Of a DNA stretch of 64,000 bases, positions 13,417 through 27,158 are shown piece after piece (the stretch's first letter is position 1; each line of letters opens with the position of its first letter). Below the pieces are notes generated by a model, which was given only the letters and a program-made list of their open reading frames with translations, did no database searches and had not been told where the DNA came from. Both the position numbers and the translations under genes were made by a program. The DNA comes from Bigelowiella natans CCMP2755 (Eukaryota; Protista; Cercozoa): positions 1-64,000 of the forward strand of contig ADNK01001797.1 of assembly GCA_000320545.1 (NCBI GenBank), read 5' to 3'.

Positions 13417-14533
13417 TCACGCCTTTGTAACGGGTAATCCGCCTTGGATTTGCTTATCTCCTTTCTCCTGAAACGTTGGAAGATCTTATCACGAAACAGC
13501 GGCTCATTCACGAAATGCACGAATTACCTTACAGCGAGCCTCATAGTCACTGAACCCTTTTAGTTTATAATACTTTCCATCCTTTGCAATGGGATTGCCG
13601 TCGAGTTCAATGATGAAGAGCTGGAAACAATATGACCAACAACATTGATTACTTGGTTGTAGAAGAATGTATATACATTATAACCTTTGTATCTCTCAGC
13701 AATGCCTCCGGAATACAATCAGGGCCGTCCAAGTTATTATTCAGACACGAAATCTTCCTAATTTCAGCTAAGTTTCCAAGTCCTTGGGGGAGGCTTGTGA
13801 GTAAATTCGAGTCAACCTAAAGAAAGACATTCAATATTCATGGTGGCCGTCTGCTTCACAGCGTTTAGAGTTCCATCAACACTTAGATATTGTCGCTTAA
13901 CCGGAATCTACACGCTTGTGTACTATCAATTCTTATATTGCTGAAGATGTCAGACACCTTGAATGTCTGCAAACTAGATACGTTCCCCAATGTATCCGGA
14001 AGACGTTTAAGCTAAAGATAAAAGGTATTTAGATCAAAGTGTCCAAAACAAGAAAATGGCTGCTGAGTATTCACCCTGTTTTCGCTGAGATTTAGTTCCC
14101 GCAAGTTCGGAGCCAAAGCTGTTGATTTCTCTTTTGATTCCCCTGGTATTCCTAAGTCAATGATCAAATTTGATGAGAGATCGATAAGCTCCAGTCTCTT
14201 TAACGACCACAGCTCCACTGGAACTGCAGCGATGCGATTTCCAGATAGTATAAGCTTTTGCATTCGCTCAAGGTATGAGATCGAGGGAGGAATGGATACT
14301 ATTCGGTTGAAGGATACATCCAGCGCTTTTACTTTCTTAAGAACTTTGATATCATCATCAAGCTTTTCTATTATGTTCTCTCTGAGATTAATAACTCGAA
14401 GCTTCTCTCCAATAAGATACAGCCTCTTAGGAATTCTTTTCAACTTGAGGCCAACAAGATTTACCGAACCAGTCTTTTCGCCCCTATTTAACTTGGCACT
14501 CTTGCTTTCTGTACTAGAGCACACCCCACCCAT
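13417..14533 (-). CDS. LRRC57: Leucine-rich repeat protein, LRRC57-like, predicted N-myristoylated
   Basis: MGGVCSS...GEKTGSVNLVGLKLKRIP (cf. LRRC57 AQKTGVFQL), LxxLxLxxN repeats, spliced exons LKRLPDTLGNVSSLQTFK / VDSNLLTSLPQGLGNL...IPEALLRDTK / LFIIELDGNPI...KGFSDYEARCK / EKGDKQIQGGLPVTKA* (cf. LEGYDKYMER...K). Confidence 0.85.
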
Positions 14534-15058
14534 GATGTAACGGTGCTACTCCTCCAACGTGCGCTTCATTTTCTTCGTTAAAAATGTCTGTTATCAAATG
14601 TGACGATCAATATGAGAGCTTGGCAAGCCCAAAATTGAATGGTAAACTTAGACGGTGACTTCAAATCCGAATGTGCTAGATGTGTGATGTTTTGAGAATG
14701 GGAAGGTGTGGGAGAGGGAGGGAAAAGCAAGCACGATTCACCTTCGACCCGCACGTGTCTTTTCGAATCGCTCCCTTCGGTTAATAAATGAATAAATATA
14801 GTTCCTAATGGCCTACAAAAACTAGGTGCGACATCATCATACACATGTCTTACTGTCTCATGATGAAACATAATGTCGGCAAACGGGATCCGAAGAAGAT
14901 AAAGGAGGGAGAGGAGGAGAGATGTACTGCTTCCCCCCCTCTCGCCAACTATCGACGTGCCTCTTATGATCATCGCTCCTCTTCTTCTATTTCTTCCTAA
15001 CACTCGCAATCTTCCCTGGGAACTGATGCCAAAATGATGGTTAAATCCACATATTACT

Positions 15059-15092
<34 letters not shown>

Positions 15093-15187
15093 AACGAAGC
15101 TTCGGGGAGGCTAACAGCAAGGCGAGCGAGCTGCTCTACGACATGCTCCGAGTGAATCATGTGAAGGGCAGTCATAATCGATTCAGA

Positions 15188-16301
15188 ATGAAGGCCGTTG
15201 CGGTTCTTCTTATATCGTTTGTGAGTTGTTGTCAGCTTCTGTCTGTTGACAATACCGAGGAGAGGCCTCTTGGATCCTTTACAGCCGAAGACCAACGGCA
15301 CACGCCTGAGTAATGTTACCTCAATTCATTCCCATTCCTATGTTCTCCGTATTGTGAAACAGAAGAAGACATCGTGTTCTATGATAATATACTAATCAGC
15401 TTGTTTGATGGCGATTTCCTACTACCTGGAGCTCCGCCAAGAGATCCTGATCTTGACGGGTACTACTCATCTTGAATAAATGACCGACAAATAACGATTA
15501 TCGTGGGAGGAGGATGCTACGCATGGTGGTCCGCACGAAGTGTGTTAGCGAAGAAGGGGGTCAGGGTCCAAATTGACTTATTGTGTTGAATTAAATACAG
15601 AAGCGAATCCATACGCTATCGACATCCATTTGGAAGCACCAGTCAGTAAACAAATGATTGATTCAAGCACCACCATCCCCACCACCATCATTTACATTAG
15701 CAGTATCAGCGGCAACGATGAATCTCTCAATGACTTTGTGAATTGCATATAATGTTGCATGTATGTAGAGAAGGGCGAGAGTAGCGACCCTCGTACTCTA
15801 CCAGCTGCACGTGAGTATAGAGACTATCTACATTGTGAAAAGGTAGATAGAAAGTAAGCAAGTAGCTAAGTTAATAAGAGCAAATTGTATCACAACTGCT
15901 CCCCTTAATAAAATCACTGTCCACGCCTCCCCCCTCCCTCCTCCTCCTCCTCCTCCTCCTTCTCTCGTCATCGCCATCATCGTCATGCGTGTCGTCTTTG
16001 TATCAATCGATTACTTGGAGCATTGTTAGCATAATTATTGAATAAAGTCTTTACAGATGACATTCCTTTGGCCAATTATACGTAGAAATTTATTCCTGAA
16101 ATGGAATACGCTATGGCCTGTAGATGTCGTCTACGGATGAACAAGCATGTGGTAGTAACTAGTTGTTTCATAGCACCGTGTGACTGACTGAATGACTGAC
16201 TCTGTTGTTGAGGAAGAAGAAGAAGAAGAAGAGCCTTGATCCGTTAGATTCGGTGTTGGTTCTTTATATGTAAACCGATCTAATCGTCAATGCGTGCGTG
16301 C

Positions 16302-16332
<31 letters not shown>

Positions 16333-16816
16333 TGTGTGTGTACATTGTGCTGCTCAACGACCTCCTCCTAATCCTCCTCCTCCTCTTCTTCTTCTCCTTT
16401 GTGCACCAACCTTAGATTTACGTCGAGCGCGAGTGGATTGGAGATACAAACACCGCTAATAGGTGAAGGAAAGAGAATATATTAGTATACAAATATAAGA
16501 CTGTCTTTCCTCCTCCTCATTATTATCAACTATTATTATTATTGTTATTGTTATTATTTTTCTAATTATTTTGTGATCTTCTGTGATCATATAGCCTAGG
16601 TGTGCAGGTAGGGACGTGGCGTGATCGGTTCTTTGCTTTTCGAGAATTGAACGATAAGAAGAAACGGTCAGTAGCGATGAGGAAGAGGACAAGAGGCCCC
16701 GAGAAAGCAAATCTGGTCATCATTATCACCATCGTTGTCGTCGTCGTCATCATCATCATCATCATCGTAAGTACTACGACTGATGATTTGATCTACTGTC
16801 ATTACTTAATTCTGTA

Positions 16817-16860
<44 letters not shown>

Positions 16861-17790
16861 AAATATATCATGCGACGATTATTGTCAGGGATTATTCCAT
16901 GAAATTATCATCTTACTTAGTAGAGGGACCGCTCTCTCACATAAAAATAACGGCTGCATTATGTTTTTCTGTCTATAGGATGATACTGCTACGACTCCAA
17001 ACTGTGGTGATGATAATAAATCGAGTTCTCATCAGTATGACTCTTCCTCCTCCTCCTATACATATTACACAACAACCGAAGATGGTGGTGACGATAGTGA
17101 AATGGCTGATAAAGCCGCTGTGACTACGAATAGTGGTGCCGTTGAAGCAAACGATTCATCATCATACCCTCTCAAAGAGTATCACCACCGTAAGCAATCC
17201 GATCTTAACAAGAACATCAGCGATGATGATGATGATGATGATGACAACGACGAAGAGGACTGGAATCACAAGAAAAACGCGAAGAAACAACGTGCTGATA
17301 ATGACATTGGTGATGGTGATAATCACAACAATGGTGGTGCTGATGCTTGTGACTACTACCACTCTAGCTATGGTAGAGGGGGTGGAGGAGGAAAGGACAG
17401 CTACGACGATGATGAAGAAGAAGAAGAAGATGATTATAAGAGAGCGTCAGACAGAAATCAACGACAAAGACACCAAAGAAGAAACCTATATCGTGAATTT
17501 GTATTCCAAGCACCGCTATCATCGTCTGATGATGGTGAAAATCGAGGAGAAGTTGCTGCTGATGATGATGAGCGAGCAGATGCTGCTGCTGCTGCTGCTG
17601 CTGCTGGTGGTGGTACTGATCATGGTTATTCTGAAAAAGTAGTTTCCACTGCTGTATTTGAGGAAGAAGAAGAAGAAAAGCTGGGTTATGAACGAGGAGG
17701 AGGAGAAGGAGGAGGGAGAAATGCTAAAAATTCTTCTTTTCCATCATCATCACCAATTTCCTATTTTTCCTCTCGAGGAGGCTCGAAGGT
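15188..17790 (+). CDS. Unknown multi-exon coding region with hydrophobic N-terminal segment and a long acidic low-complexity exon; may be the 5' part of the downstream methyltransferase gene
   Basis: MKAVAVLLISFVSCCQLLSVDN... at 15188, GT-AG bounded exons (EDIVFYDNILISLFDGDFLLPG; IYVEREWIGDTNT; VQVGTWRDRFFAFREL) and ORF 17102-17899. Full phase chain not resolved. Confidence 0.45.
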
Positions 17791-18310
17791 AGTGACGATG
17801 ATACAGCTAGCAGCAAGAAGAAGAAGAAGAAGACGAAGGGGCATGAAGCTAGTTGTCACCCGTTTTATGATGATGAGATTTTGTGTGTGGATAAGATGAT
17901 CTCGAGCCTACTAATAATGCATCTTTTCCCATAACGACTCAATGATGATAGTGAGGATACCATTGAGCAAGAGAGTGCTGCTGCTGCTGCTAGTCCGCCA
18001 TTAGATTGATGAACAAAAGAGATTTATTGTTCTACTACTACTACTGCTGCTGCTACTGCTACTGATATTCATGCTAAGGTATCAGCAGGAGCTCTCATCA
18101 CATGCTGGTTGGTTGAAAGGCTGTGGGTGAAATAACAAGAGGAGGGAGGGAGAGGGGGGGAGATGATCGATAGAAAGTAATAAGGCTATTGGTGAAGTGA
18201 AAGGGGTAGGTTTGATCAAAAAATGTAGTCCACGTTTGGTTTGACGGTACATTTGATGATGAGTTGCAATCCAGGAAATGAACTTATTCCTCGATGATGA
18301 TATATATTAG

Positions 18311-19269
18311 GTATTTATCACTTCACTCTCAATTGGTGGCAAACAAGTCCCTTCTTGACATTGGAACGTATGTCGTTTATCATAGCTGCAATCATCAGTA
18401 GCATAGACTGCTCTATATTCAAATAATCACTAATGGAATAATGACGACCGTGGCTATTGAGCCTCATTGTTGGATTTCTCACTACATCATTTTAGTAGTT
18501 GTCGTGTATATGTACATGCTCGCACATACGACGTACAACGCGGTAGAAGAAGAGAGAGCAATCAAAGCAGTAGTCCTCCAATTCGCGATGAAGTTGAAAC
18601 AACTTATTTCGGAAAAACGATGTGGATATTATGTGGGTGATCATCTTGTTTTCTCTCTTCTCTCAAGTATACCGCAATCATACTCATTCTGAGTGTGTTG
18701 TTACTGCTAATACTACAACTACTACTACTTGATGTCTTCTCCTTGGTATGTTGGCAGTGGTACAGGTATTGTAGGCATTTTTGCTGCTACTTCTCTAAGG
18801 GCCAAATCGGTCACGTTGAACGATGTAGATACACAGGTTGTGTATGTAAGACAATCGTAGCATGATGATGATGATGATGATGATGACAAGACCTTGCATG
18901 AATTTGCAAGATGAAGTCATTGCAACCCTGCTGCCATCCTTCCTGCTACATCTTTTCTTTATCATCCATTGTGATTCACTAGCGCCATTGGCGGCTCTCG
19001 ATGAACACTATCATCATCATCAAACTGCTATCAGTCAATAATCAGATAACAACCGTGAATGAATAATAAATACTTACATAACTTATACTCATCTATCGTT
19101 ACGTCTCTTCCTCATTGTTCCCCTCGTGTGTTTATCCTGTCTTCTTCTCCATATCTTTTATGTTACTTTCTATAAAGTTATTAGACGTGTTAAGAACAAA
19201 TGTGGGAATAAATACCAACAAATCGCATCAGTTACGAAGAAGTCGAAGTATATCTGAAAGACGTCACAA

Positions 19270-19308
<39 letters not shown>

Positions 19309-20188
19309 TGGTAGTAGTAGTTGTTGTGGCAGTAGTGGCAGTAGTGGCAGTAGTGGCAGTAGTGGCAGTAGTGGAAGTGCGTTGATAAAGAGGGGGGGGA
19401 ACATCACGATCCCTGCTACAAACGAGGTTGTTGCATCTGTTAGGAGAGAGAGCAATATCTTCTTTTGATTCTCCATATTATTCTTAGCTCATATATTATC
19501 TGCATTCATATCTTCAACTACTACTCACCCTAACTAACATGTATGGCTATATGACGGTAGATGCTGATATCAACGGATAACCATTTTGCACTTGGAAACG
19601 AGGAGAGTGACTCATTCAGAGGGGGGAAAGATTACAGAGGAAAACGACAATACGATATTGTAGTCGCATCTGAGCTCACAATCTCAAATGCTGATATGGC
19701 ATCAAGTGTGAGAACAATTCTATCAACGTTGGTCAAACCTGGTAACAACAACAACAACTGTGCTAACCGATGCTGCTTCTGACTAATGCGCACCATATGT
19801 GATTTTTTGAATCAGGAGGAGTATTGCTCTTTGTTATTGGAAAATATGATGGCCTCAACCAAGTACAAGAGGGGGAAACAAACCCACATGAGATATAGCA
19901 ACAATTACCAACAATTTCAGCTCATCATCATCATCATCATCATCATCATGATTATCATCATCGCCGTCGTTTAATAGAGCACTGCCATCCAATTTCGCTA
20001 TCCATTCCTCACAACATCTCTACTACCTCTACAACTACTACTACTACTACCACTGCCACTGATTTACCTTAAAGGATGTCTTTGTTGGATGTAATCGTAT
20101 TCTTAGCAATTCTTTTAGATACCTCACACAGATAATTGTTTATTCTTCAGGCGTTGAGGACGCTGAAGTCAGAAGCAGTCATTTTTAA
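18311..20188 (+). CDS. Class I SAM-dependent methyltransferase, METTL20/METTL21 (Methyltransf_16)-like protein lysine methyltransferase
   Basis: Spliced YLSLHSQLVANKSLLDIGT|GTGIVGIFAATSLRAKSVTLNDVDTQ|LLDVLRTNVGIN (motif I, acidic post-I residue, LxxNVxxN), then YDIVVASELTIS...LSTLVKPG|GVLLFVI. A GSS-repeat insertion is encoded at ~19270-19375. Confidence 0.75.
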
Positions 20189-20431
20189 TGTGTGTGTGTC
20201 AACAATACTAACATTATTTAACAAAATTATTTCCTTCCATGCTTTTGTTTCACGGTGGTATTATTCCAGTTATCGTATTTATCATCCATCATCGTTAGTA
20301 TAGCAGCAGCAGCACATGCACGCCACAACGCAGTACCCAATAGGGGCACATAGGATATGATCCTATCTTTGATTCTCCCTCATTGATTACAATGTATCTA
20401 TACTAGTTACTGGACATTTCTTTGCTGACAG

Positions 20432-21362
20432 CGTGCTCTTCCAAACTACAACATCGATGTCGTGCAGGTGCATGCTGTTCGCCATGCACATGGATGAATT
20501 TATAGTATCAATCACCTTGTTGATAGGAACGAACTCTATATTATCTCTCATTCCGTTATTGATTGAATTCATCTGTGTTCTCATTTGCTTTTGTTACCAA
20601 TAATATATTCTCCCAATCCGTCACGCCAGAAAATATACTCGTTGGCGTTCGAAAGCACGACGAAGCTACTTCAAACAATTCACAGCATCAATACCCTACT
20701 CAGGTAATTTAGAAACAGAGATAATTTTTCCATTTTATTTGCGTGCATCGAAAATTTTAATAATAATCAAACGCCCTCCTGATGATAGTGATATCTCTCT
20801 TGTCCCTACTTTGCTGTTTTCAACAACAATACCAACGATAGGTGCTGCCAGACGCACTGAGGCCTCGTTCTGATCAGGTACTTCCTGTTGCTAGAAGCAT
20901 GATTGTGAAATAGTACAACGACAGAGGCAATATGACTATAAGCACAAAAAATTTGGAAACATATCCTACTTAGAAATGGTAGTACGTACACTTTCACAGC
21001 ACAGAGATATTTCACCATAGCAGGCCAATTTGAAGTTTATTTCGTAGGTTACCAATCCGCCAAGGAATATCCCAGATTTTATCCAACGACTCTGGAGAAT
21101 CGCTTACAAACAAGGTGGTAAAACAACAGTAATTCGCCAATGGATATTGGTTGGAGAGTTGGACAAATGTAACGTTTTATTGTAGTAGAGTTTTAAAAAA
21201 GGATGTATTTTCAAAGGTCCAAATGGAGCAAAGTCGCCAAGTTTGAGGTCGCAGCAACGAGCCAATGGAAAAGCAGGAATAAAGGGAAACAATGCATTAC
21301 TTTCTGAGAAGGACAGGCTCATCGAGGCTGTGAGAGAAGCTTTGTCTACTACAGCAATGTAG
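20432..21362 (+). CDS. Unknown exons: C-terminal extension of the methyltransferase gene or a separate small gene
   Basis: Phase-consistent GT-AG exons VLPDALRPRSDQ | KHDCEIVQRQRQYDYKHKKFGNISYLEM | VTNPPRNIPDFIQRLWRIAYKQGG...GELDK | CPNGAKSP...EALSTTAM* (TAG 21360-21362). Confidence 0.6.
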
Positions 21363-22192
21363 CATCGAGCAATAATAGCACGTTTAGTGTAGTCGTGGCA
21401 CGAAAGTAATATCCGAAACGAGACTACATGTAAGTTATGGCTCAATATGTACAGGGGCTAGTACGTCGATGCCTGCAGCTCAAACTATCCTTGCACATGA
21501 TATATGTACGATGAATCAAGCATGCTATTGAGACTCAGCTTTCTCAAGAGAGTGTTTATATAGCGCTAGCAGCGAGCGCTGCTGAGCGCTGTGCATGCAC
21601 GTAGTGATAGCAGCTGGCCTGTAAATTCAATAAGTCAAATCGAAGCGCGGCATAGTGAGCGCGCATTTACACGTACATGATCGATCATGCCCTGGAGTGC
21701 CAACTAGTCTGCCGCCCAAACTAACGCGACGTGTATAGTTTTATATATTAGCTTCGCCTAACTGTATAAATCCTAGCTCGTAGCACATGCTTGCGCAGCA
21801 ATCTCTGGTAATTATGCTACTTTGAGCGAACAAAGTTGCACGTTTGTCTCATCCTCATTGTGCAAGAAACATCATTACGCGCGACACGCTTGACGTATAT
21901 TGCGTATATTGCTGAACTCAAAGGAATTTGCTGGAAATTGTTGGTTGCATGAAACGTGTCCCTGAACGTACATGTGCACATCTAGCTGCTGCAGTAATCA
22001 TGCTGCAATAGATACCACAGATATATTGTGCAATGTTGTTTTGTGTACATAATGTGAAGATAAATACGTGTGTATACGCAACCGCGTTCGTATACGAAAA
22101 ACCTATCTACGAACACATCGATGTGTAGTGTGCATATATGGTAGACTCATCCTCATGTAACTTGAAATGCAATCTAGCAACACATTAAGATA

Positions 22193-25057
22193 TTATGAAT
22201 CCAATTTTAATCGAATGACAAATTCGCGACTGTTTCTCACATTCTTGGAATTTTCTTTATTAATTCCCAAAGATCCAGATTTAGAGTCACGTAAGCACCA
22301 TTCTTTCACTTCGTTCAACTCGTTAAATCTTCCTGAGAATTGACCTAACACATATGAATCATCAACAATATCATAAAAAGAATTTCACTTGAATGGTAGC
22401 TGGTTTGATTACTTCTCCGTGAGGGTCTAGTCATTGCCCATCTCTTAATCATCTCCATCATGGAGTCAATGTATGAGATAGCAGATTGCTGCTGAATGTT
22501 CTTCGAAAACAGGTCTGGATGATTTTTATTTGCGTCGTCCTTCAATGCAACACAGGAGAATTAACAAATGATGGCACATTCACGAAAATACAAACAATTA
22601 AACCACAAATGAGTCTGTGCAATTTATGTTATTATCTGAAATACTGATGATCACACTACCACCATGAATTCGCATGTAGTCTCTGTTTCAAGCCATCTGA
22701 AGAAGCACCAAAAAACATAGGAAATATTGAGATATTTCTATAACTTAAAGGACCAACATCAACCTTGTAATTTCCTTGAGCAGCTTGACATCGTTGTTGA
22801 GGGAAAGCGCGTCACCGTCAAGTTCGTTCTTCTTCATCTTTAACTCACTGTGTAGAACTTGTTGCAGTCTATTCCCGCTGCTGAAGGTAAAATATCGTGT
22901 TTCATGTCATTGTAAATGATCAAAATCATACTTGAATAAGTGCACTGACCATTTATCATCGTCGTGATCATCCGTATTTTCGGGCATTCTTGCCCCCCCA
23001 TCTTCTTTTGCATCATTCGCCGCTTGTTTCCTTCTCTCCGCTGCTTTATTGTAGTAGCACTGCCTGTTAAGTTTCCATTGCTCTTGGCTGTTCCTCAAAT
23101 CTCGCTGATTATTAGAGGAATGATATTCATTTGAGAACTCAGAATTTCTTCAGTCCAATTTTTTTGAATGTCAGAATCAGCAAAATGCTTGTATTCCAAC
23201 TCGAGAAACAAGTCATGTCCACCTGAAGTTCTTTCAGGAGCTTTTTTTGATTTCGCACGCAACTTGTCATCTAATTTATGATTGAAAGAAACTAATAAGA
23301 AATACAAATATATGTGTATAATGTACCTATAGTCCATCAAATTACTTTTTTAAAGGTGTATTTATAGATATATCGCAGGAATCTTAAGGTATATTAATAG
23401 ATACATCGCAGGAAAATAAAGCATTACCCTCTCCATCAGACTGCCTTTGGAATCAATGTGCTCTTTACCACTGTCCTCCTGAAACAGACTGTAGTTAATA
23501 CGTTGTTCACACAGCAGCAGCAGCTGTGATCTTGTGTAGGGTAAGATTAGGAAAAAATAAACCGACTTCTAGTAAAAAGTCACAAAATGCAATAATAAGA
23601 CTTACGAAAAATCACCTTCGGACGGTGTTGATTTTCATGGTCTCCATTCTCATGAGACTTAGTACAATTTCGTGAACCATACGTGATTTTAGGCGATACA
23701 GCCGTAGGAATATCGTCTTTGTCGCCGTCATCCTTTCTATTTGCTGATGGAGGCAGTTTTTCGTTGCTGTCGTTATCGTCCATCAATTTCATATCCATCT
23801 GTTGTTGCCCTTTTCCCGTTGCCTCTGTGAAATACGTATGTCTCGATGAACAGTTTCTTATTTTTACACTTCACGATTTACAGCTGTCGTTACAATTTTT
23901 GAATGAGAAATGGTTTGTCGTTTGTACGTTTATGAAGCGCCAATATTTGCTGCAATTTATTAACTTCCTCCTGAAGAGCTTCAACCTGCGAATGATTACC
24001 AAAAACTTCAAGGAGATGCTGAGTGCTATTGCTTCTGACTGCAACTCTAGGCGAAGTGACTAGACTGTCTGTTATAATCAACATTTATTTCTTCTAAATC
24101 CAAAACCGATGGATACCTTCAAATCTCTATCATTCTCTGCCTCATTCACTGCTAATTTATATCTCTTGCAATTTTCATTCGCTTCTCGGAGTTCATTCGT
24201 CAGATTGCCCACCTTTTAATTTTCAAGTTAAGGCAGTTAAAGAGGAATTAGGAAGATTAATTTCCAATCTAGGCTTCGTTCTATATGTTTACTTTGGACT
24301 CGAATTCCGCTTTCAATTCGGCTAATGAGGTTGCTTGTTGGGCGTCCCTTTCTTCTGTTCTCTTGTGTTCCTTCATCATTCGTTGTATAGTATTTTGAAG
24401 ATCGGATGCCTTTTTTTGTATATATACATGGTTTATGTTACACTCAAGCAGTGTTACTCCGTTGACAAGTGACACGACATGCCTACAACATACCTGTGAG
24501 GAGTTCGTTTCGAGCTGAGTTTTTGTCTGCTCATACCTTTCCTGCACAATTCTTAATCTCTGCTCCAGCACTTCTTTGTTTCTTTCAGCTTCTAAGCGAA
24601 GAGCTCGCTCGTTGTTGAGACTCTTCACCTTGGGAGGTTCATATTAATGAGAAAAATTTAAGCTGAAGGAAAAATTGAAAATCGAATAGTGGATTTCTAT
24701 CTGGTTGTAAGAGGTGGTGGTGATACTCCCCGATCTATAAAAATGCTTTTCTACAATAAAAAGAGAAGAGACCCATTTTGTTTTCTACAATAAATAAATT
24801 TGATAAAATCCATTGCACCTCTTTTGCCAAAGATTCGCATTCTTTTCCTAAGGCCTTTAATTATTGGAACGAAAATTTTGAATTTTTGAGACCAACGAAC
24901 AGCAATATATCATCTACATGGAATTACCTCAATTTTGTCTTGCATAGATGAAACTTTGTTGTTTCGCTTTGCAATCTTTTTCTATAAAATTCCCCTTCAT
25001 CTTGATGTGACTTCCTAGAAGGTAACGTAAGTTCATGATAATTGAAGATATATATAA

Positions 25058-25093
<36 letters not shown>

Positions 25094-26510
25094 TATATAT
25101 ATAATTAATATATATATATATATATTAATATGAAAATTTTGTGAATAATTACTACTTTATTGATTCCAATTCGTGGTGATGCTCCAATTTTAGATGTTGC
25201 GTGGTTCTCAGAGCCTCGTCTTGCACACCCGCAACTAGAACCTCTTTTTCTCTTGCTACTTGTTTCAGCTTTTGTTGCATACTCTTTATTCGCCGCCTTT
25301 GTGGACACACACGAGCGAAACAAACATTCAGCTTGGGTGACTGAAGAAAAATTGCATCCACAAACGACCCATCACACGCCTCCGACACAAAGGAAAGTAT
25401 GATACGAAACGAAGATCACAAATATGCGCTGGGCTCTCACATGGTTGCAAAATTGGAGACGGGCAAAGCTCGAAGGCTTAACCCCGGAAAGAGATATTTA
25501 ATGTGCAATATTCATATTAAGCAACATTAGCGACGGTTGAAACCATACTAGAAAGTATTGCGTATTTAATTTTCATGTCTCACTAATTAACAACAACTAC
25601 TATATACTCTCACTGACGCTACGCTTATTACCTTGCATCTGCAAGAGCCCCTTTGACCTCTTGAAATTGCTCCAATGTACTCTGTTTTTCTTCTTCCGCA
25701 CGCTCGATAACTTGTCTGAAGTATTCGTGCAAAATGAGTTGAAGGAAAATAGTGAAAGGAAAGGTGGCTACATTAAGATATTTTGAGGAAACATAACGTA
25801 AGTAACCTATATGAAGTTGCCTCCCTTGTTTTGGTTTCCATGAGGGTCCTTTCAAAGAAGAGTATTTTAATCTCAACGCTTTGATACACTCTGCGCACTT
25901 ACATCATTTTTTTCAATTCCAATTCTTTTTGGTTCTCCAGCGTTTTCAGTTGAGAGTTCTCCTCCTCCAGCTATAATAGAAAATGAGTACATCTCTGGTT
26001 TAAGTGGCTCAATGTAAATAAGTGATCGATTAACTCTAACTAAATGTGTCACAAGAAAGGACCTTAAATATGCTGCGCTTGTTTCTCAATGCTAAAGCCT
26101 CTGCTTCAAGTAGCCTAGCAGTATACCAAATCGCAAGAATGTAAGTTGAGGGTATTCCAAAATATATGGGGATTGAACAACAAAACATGAGAGAGGAAGC
26201 AGAGATTTTGTCACGTGCAAGAGTTGAAATAGAACGCCACACTAGCACCTTGCTTTCAACGATGCTTCTGTTAGCTCCCATTTCTTCTTTTCATTTAATA
26301 TTGCGGTTGAACGTTCCAATTCAAGAGATTTCTTTTCTTCACGAAGCTTTTTCCTTGAAGCATCTAGTCGCATTTTGTCCATGAGCAGTCGTTTCTGGTT
26401 CTCATAACTAAGTTAGATTTCAATCGAAGGAATAAAGTTTAGATAAAATAAATATGAAAAGGACTTCATAAAACCAGCACACTCGTTTACACACCCACAC
26501 ACACACACAA

Positions 26511-26572
<62 letters not shown>

Positions 26573-27116
26573 GTACACATACATATACATGATATCTATT
26601 TACAAATTTTGTACAAATACACAAATCAAACAAATGCAACGGATACTAAACGTATTTTATCAAGTCCTGAATATTACAGAGATTGGTTGGATTGTCTAAT
26701 CCTCTCCTCAAGATCTTTCAAAATTTTCCCATGCTCATCAACATCTTGTTTGCACGATTTTAAGCTTTTGTTGCAGGCCTCGAGCTCCTTCTCGTGCTCG
26801 GTTACTTGATCAAGAATGCTCTAAATACGTTGATAGGACAACTACTCATTGAATTGCAAAAGTAAAATGGGGCGGATCTATTTCAATGTTATTACCTTAA
26901 TTTTATTCTCTGCTTCAATCTTCACCATTTGTATCTTTCCCTCAGACTCTTTTCGCAAGCCTTCAATTCTCTCATTTTCATGCTTTTGTATTTCTGCGAC
27001 AGCTTTGTCGGCATTAACACGTGCTTGCTCTATTTTTTCGTCTCCCCGAAGTACGCTACAAAACCAAAATTGATGTTCGAAGTGATGCAGAAGATCATTA
27101 TCATCGGCGTGAGCTT

Positions 27117-27158
<42 letters not shown>

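Noticed and set aside
18369-18757. Nested exon or box C/D snoRNA in an SSR-poor methyltransferase intron
   Set aside because: The flanking exons join directly within motif I; no good RTGATGA box C or terminal stem was found.
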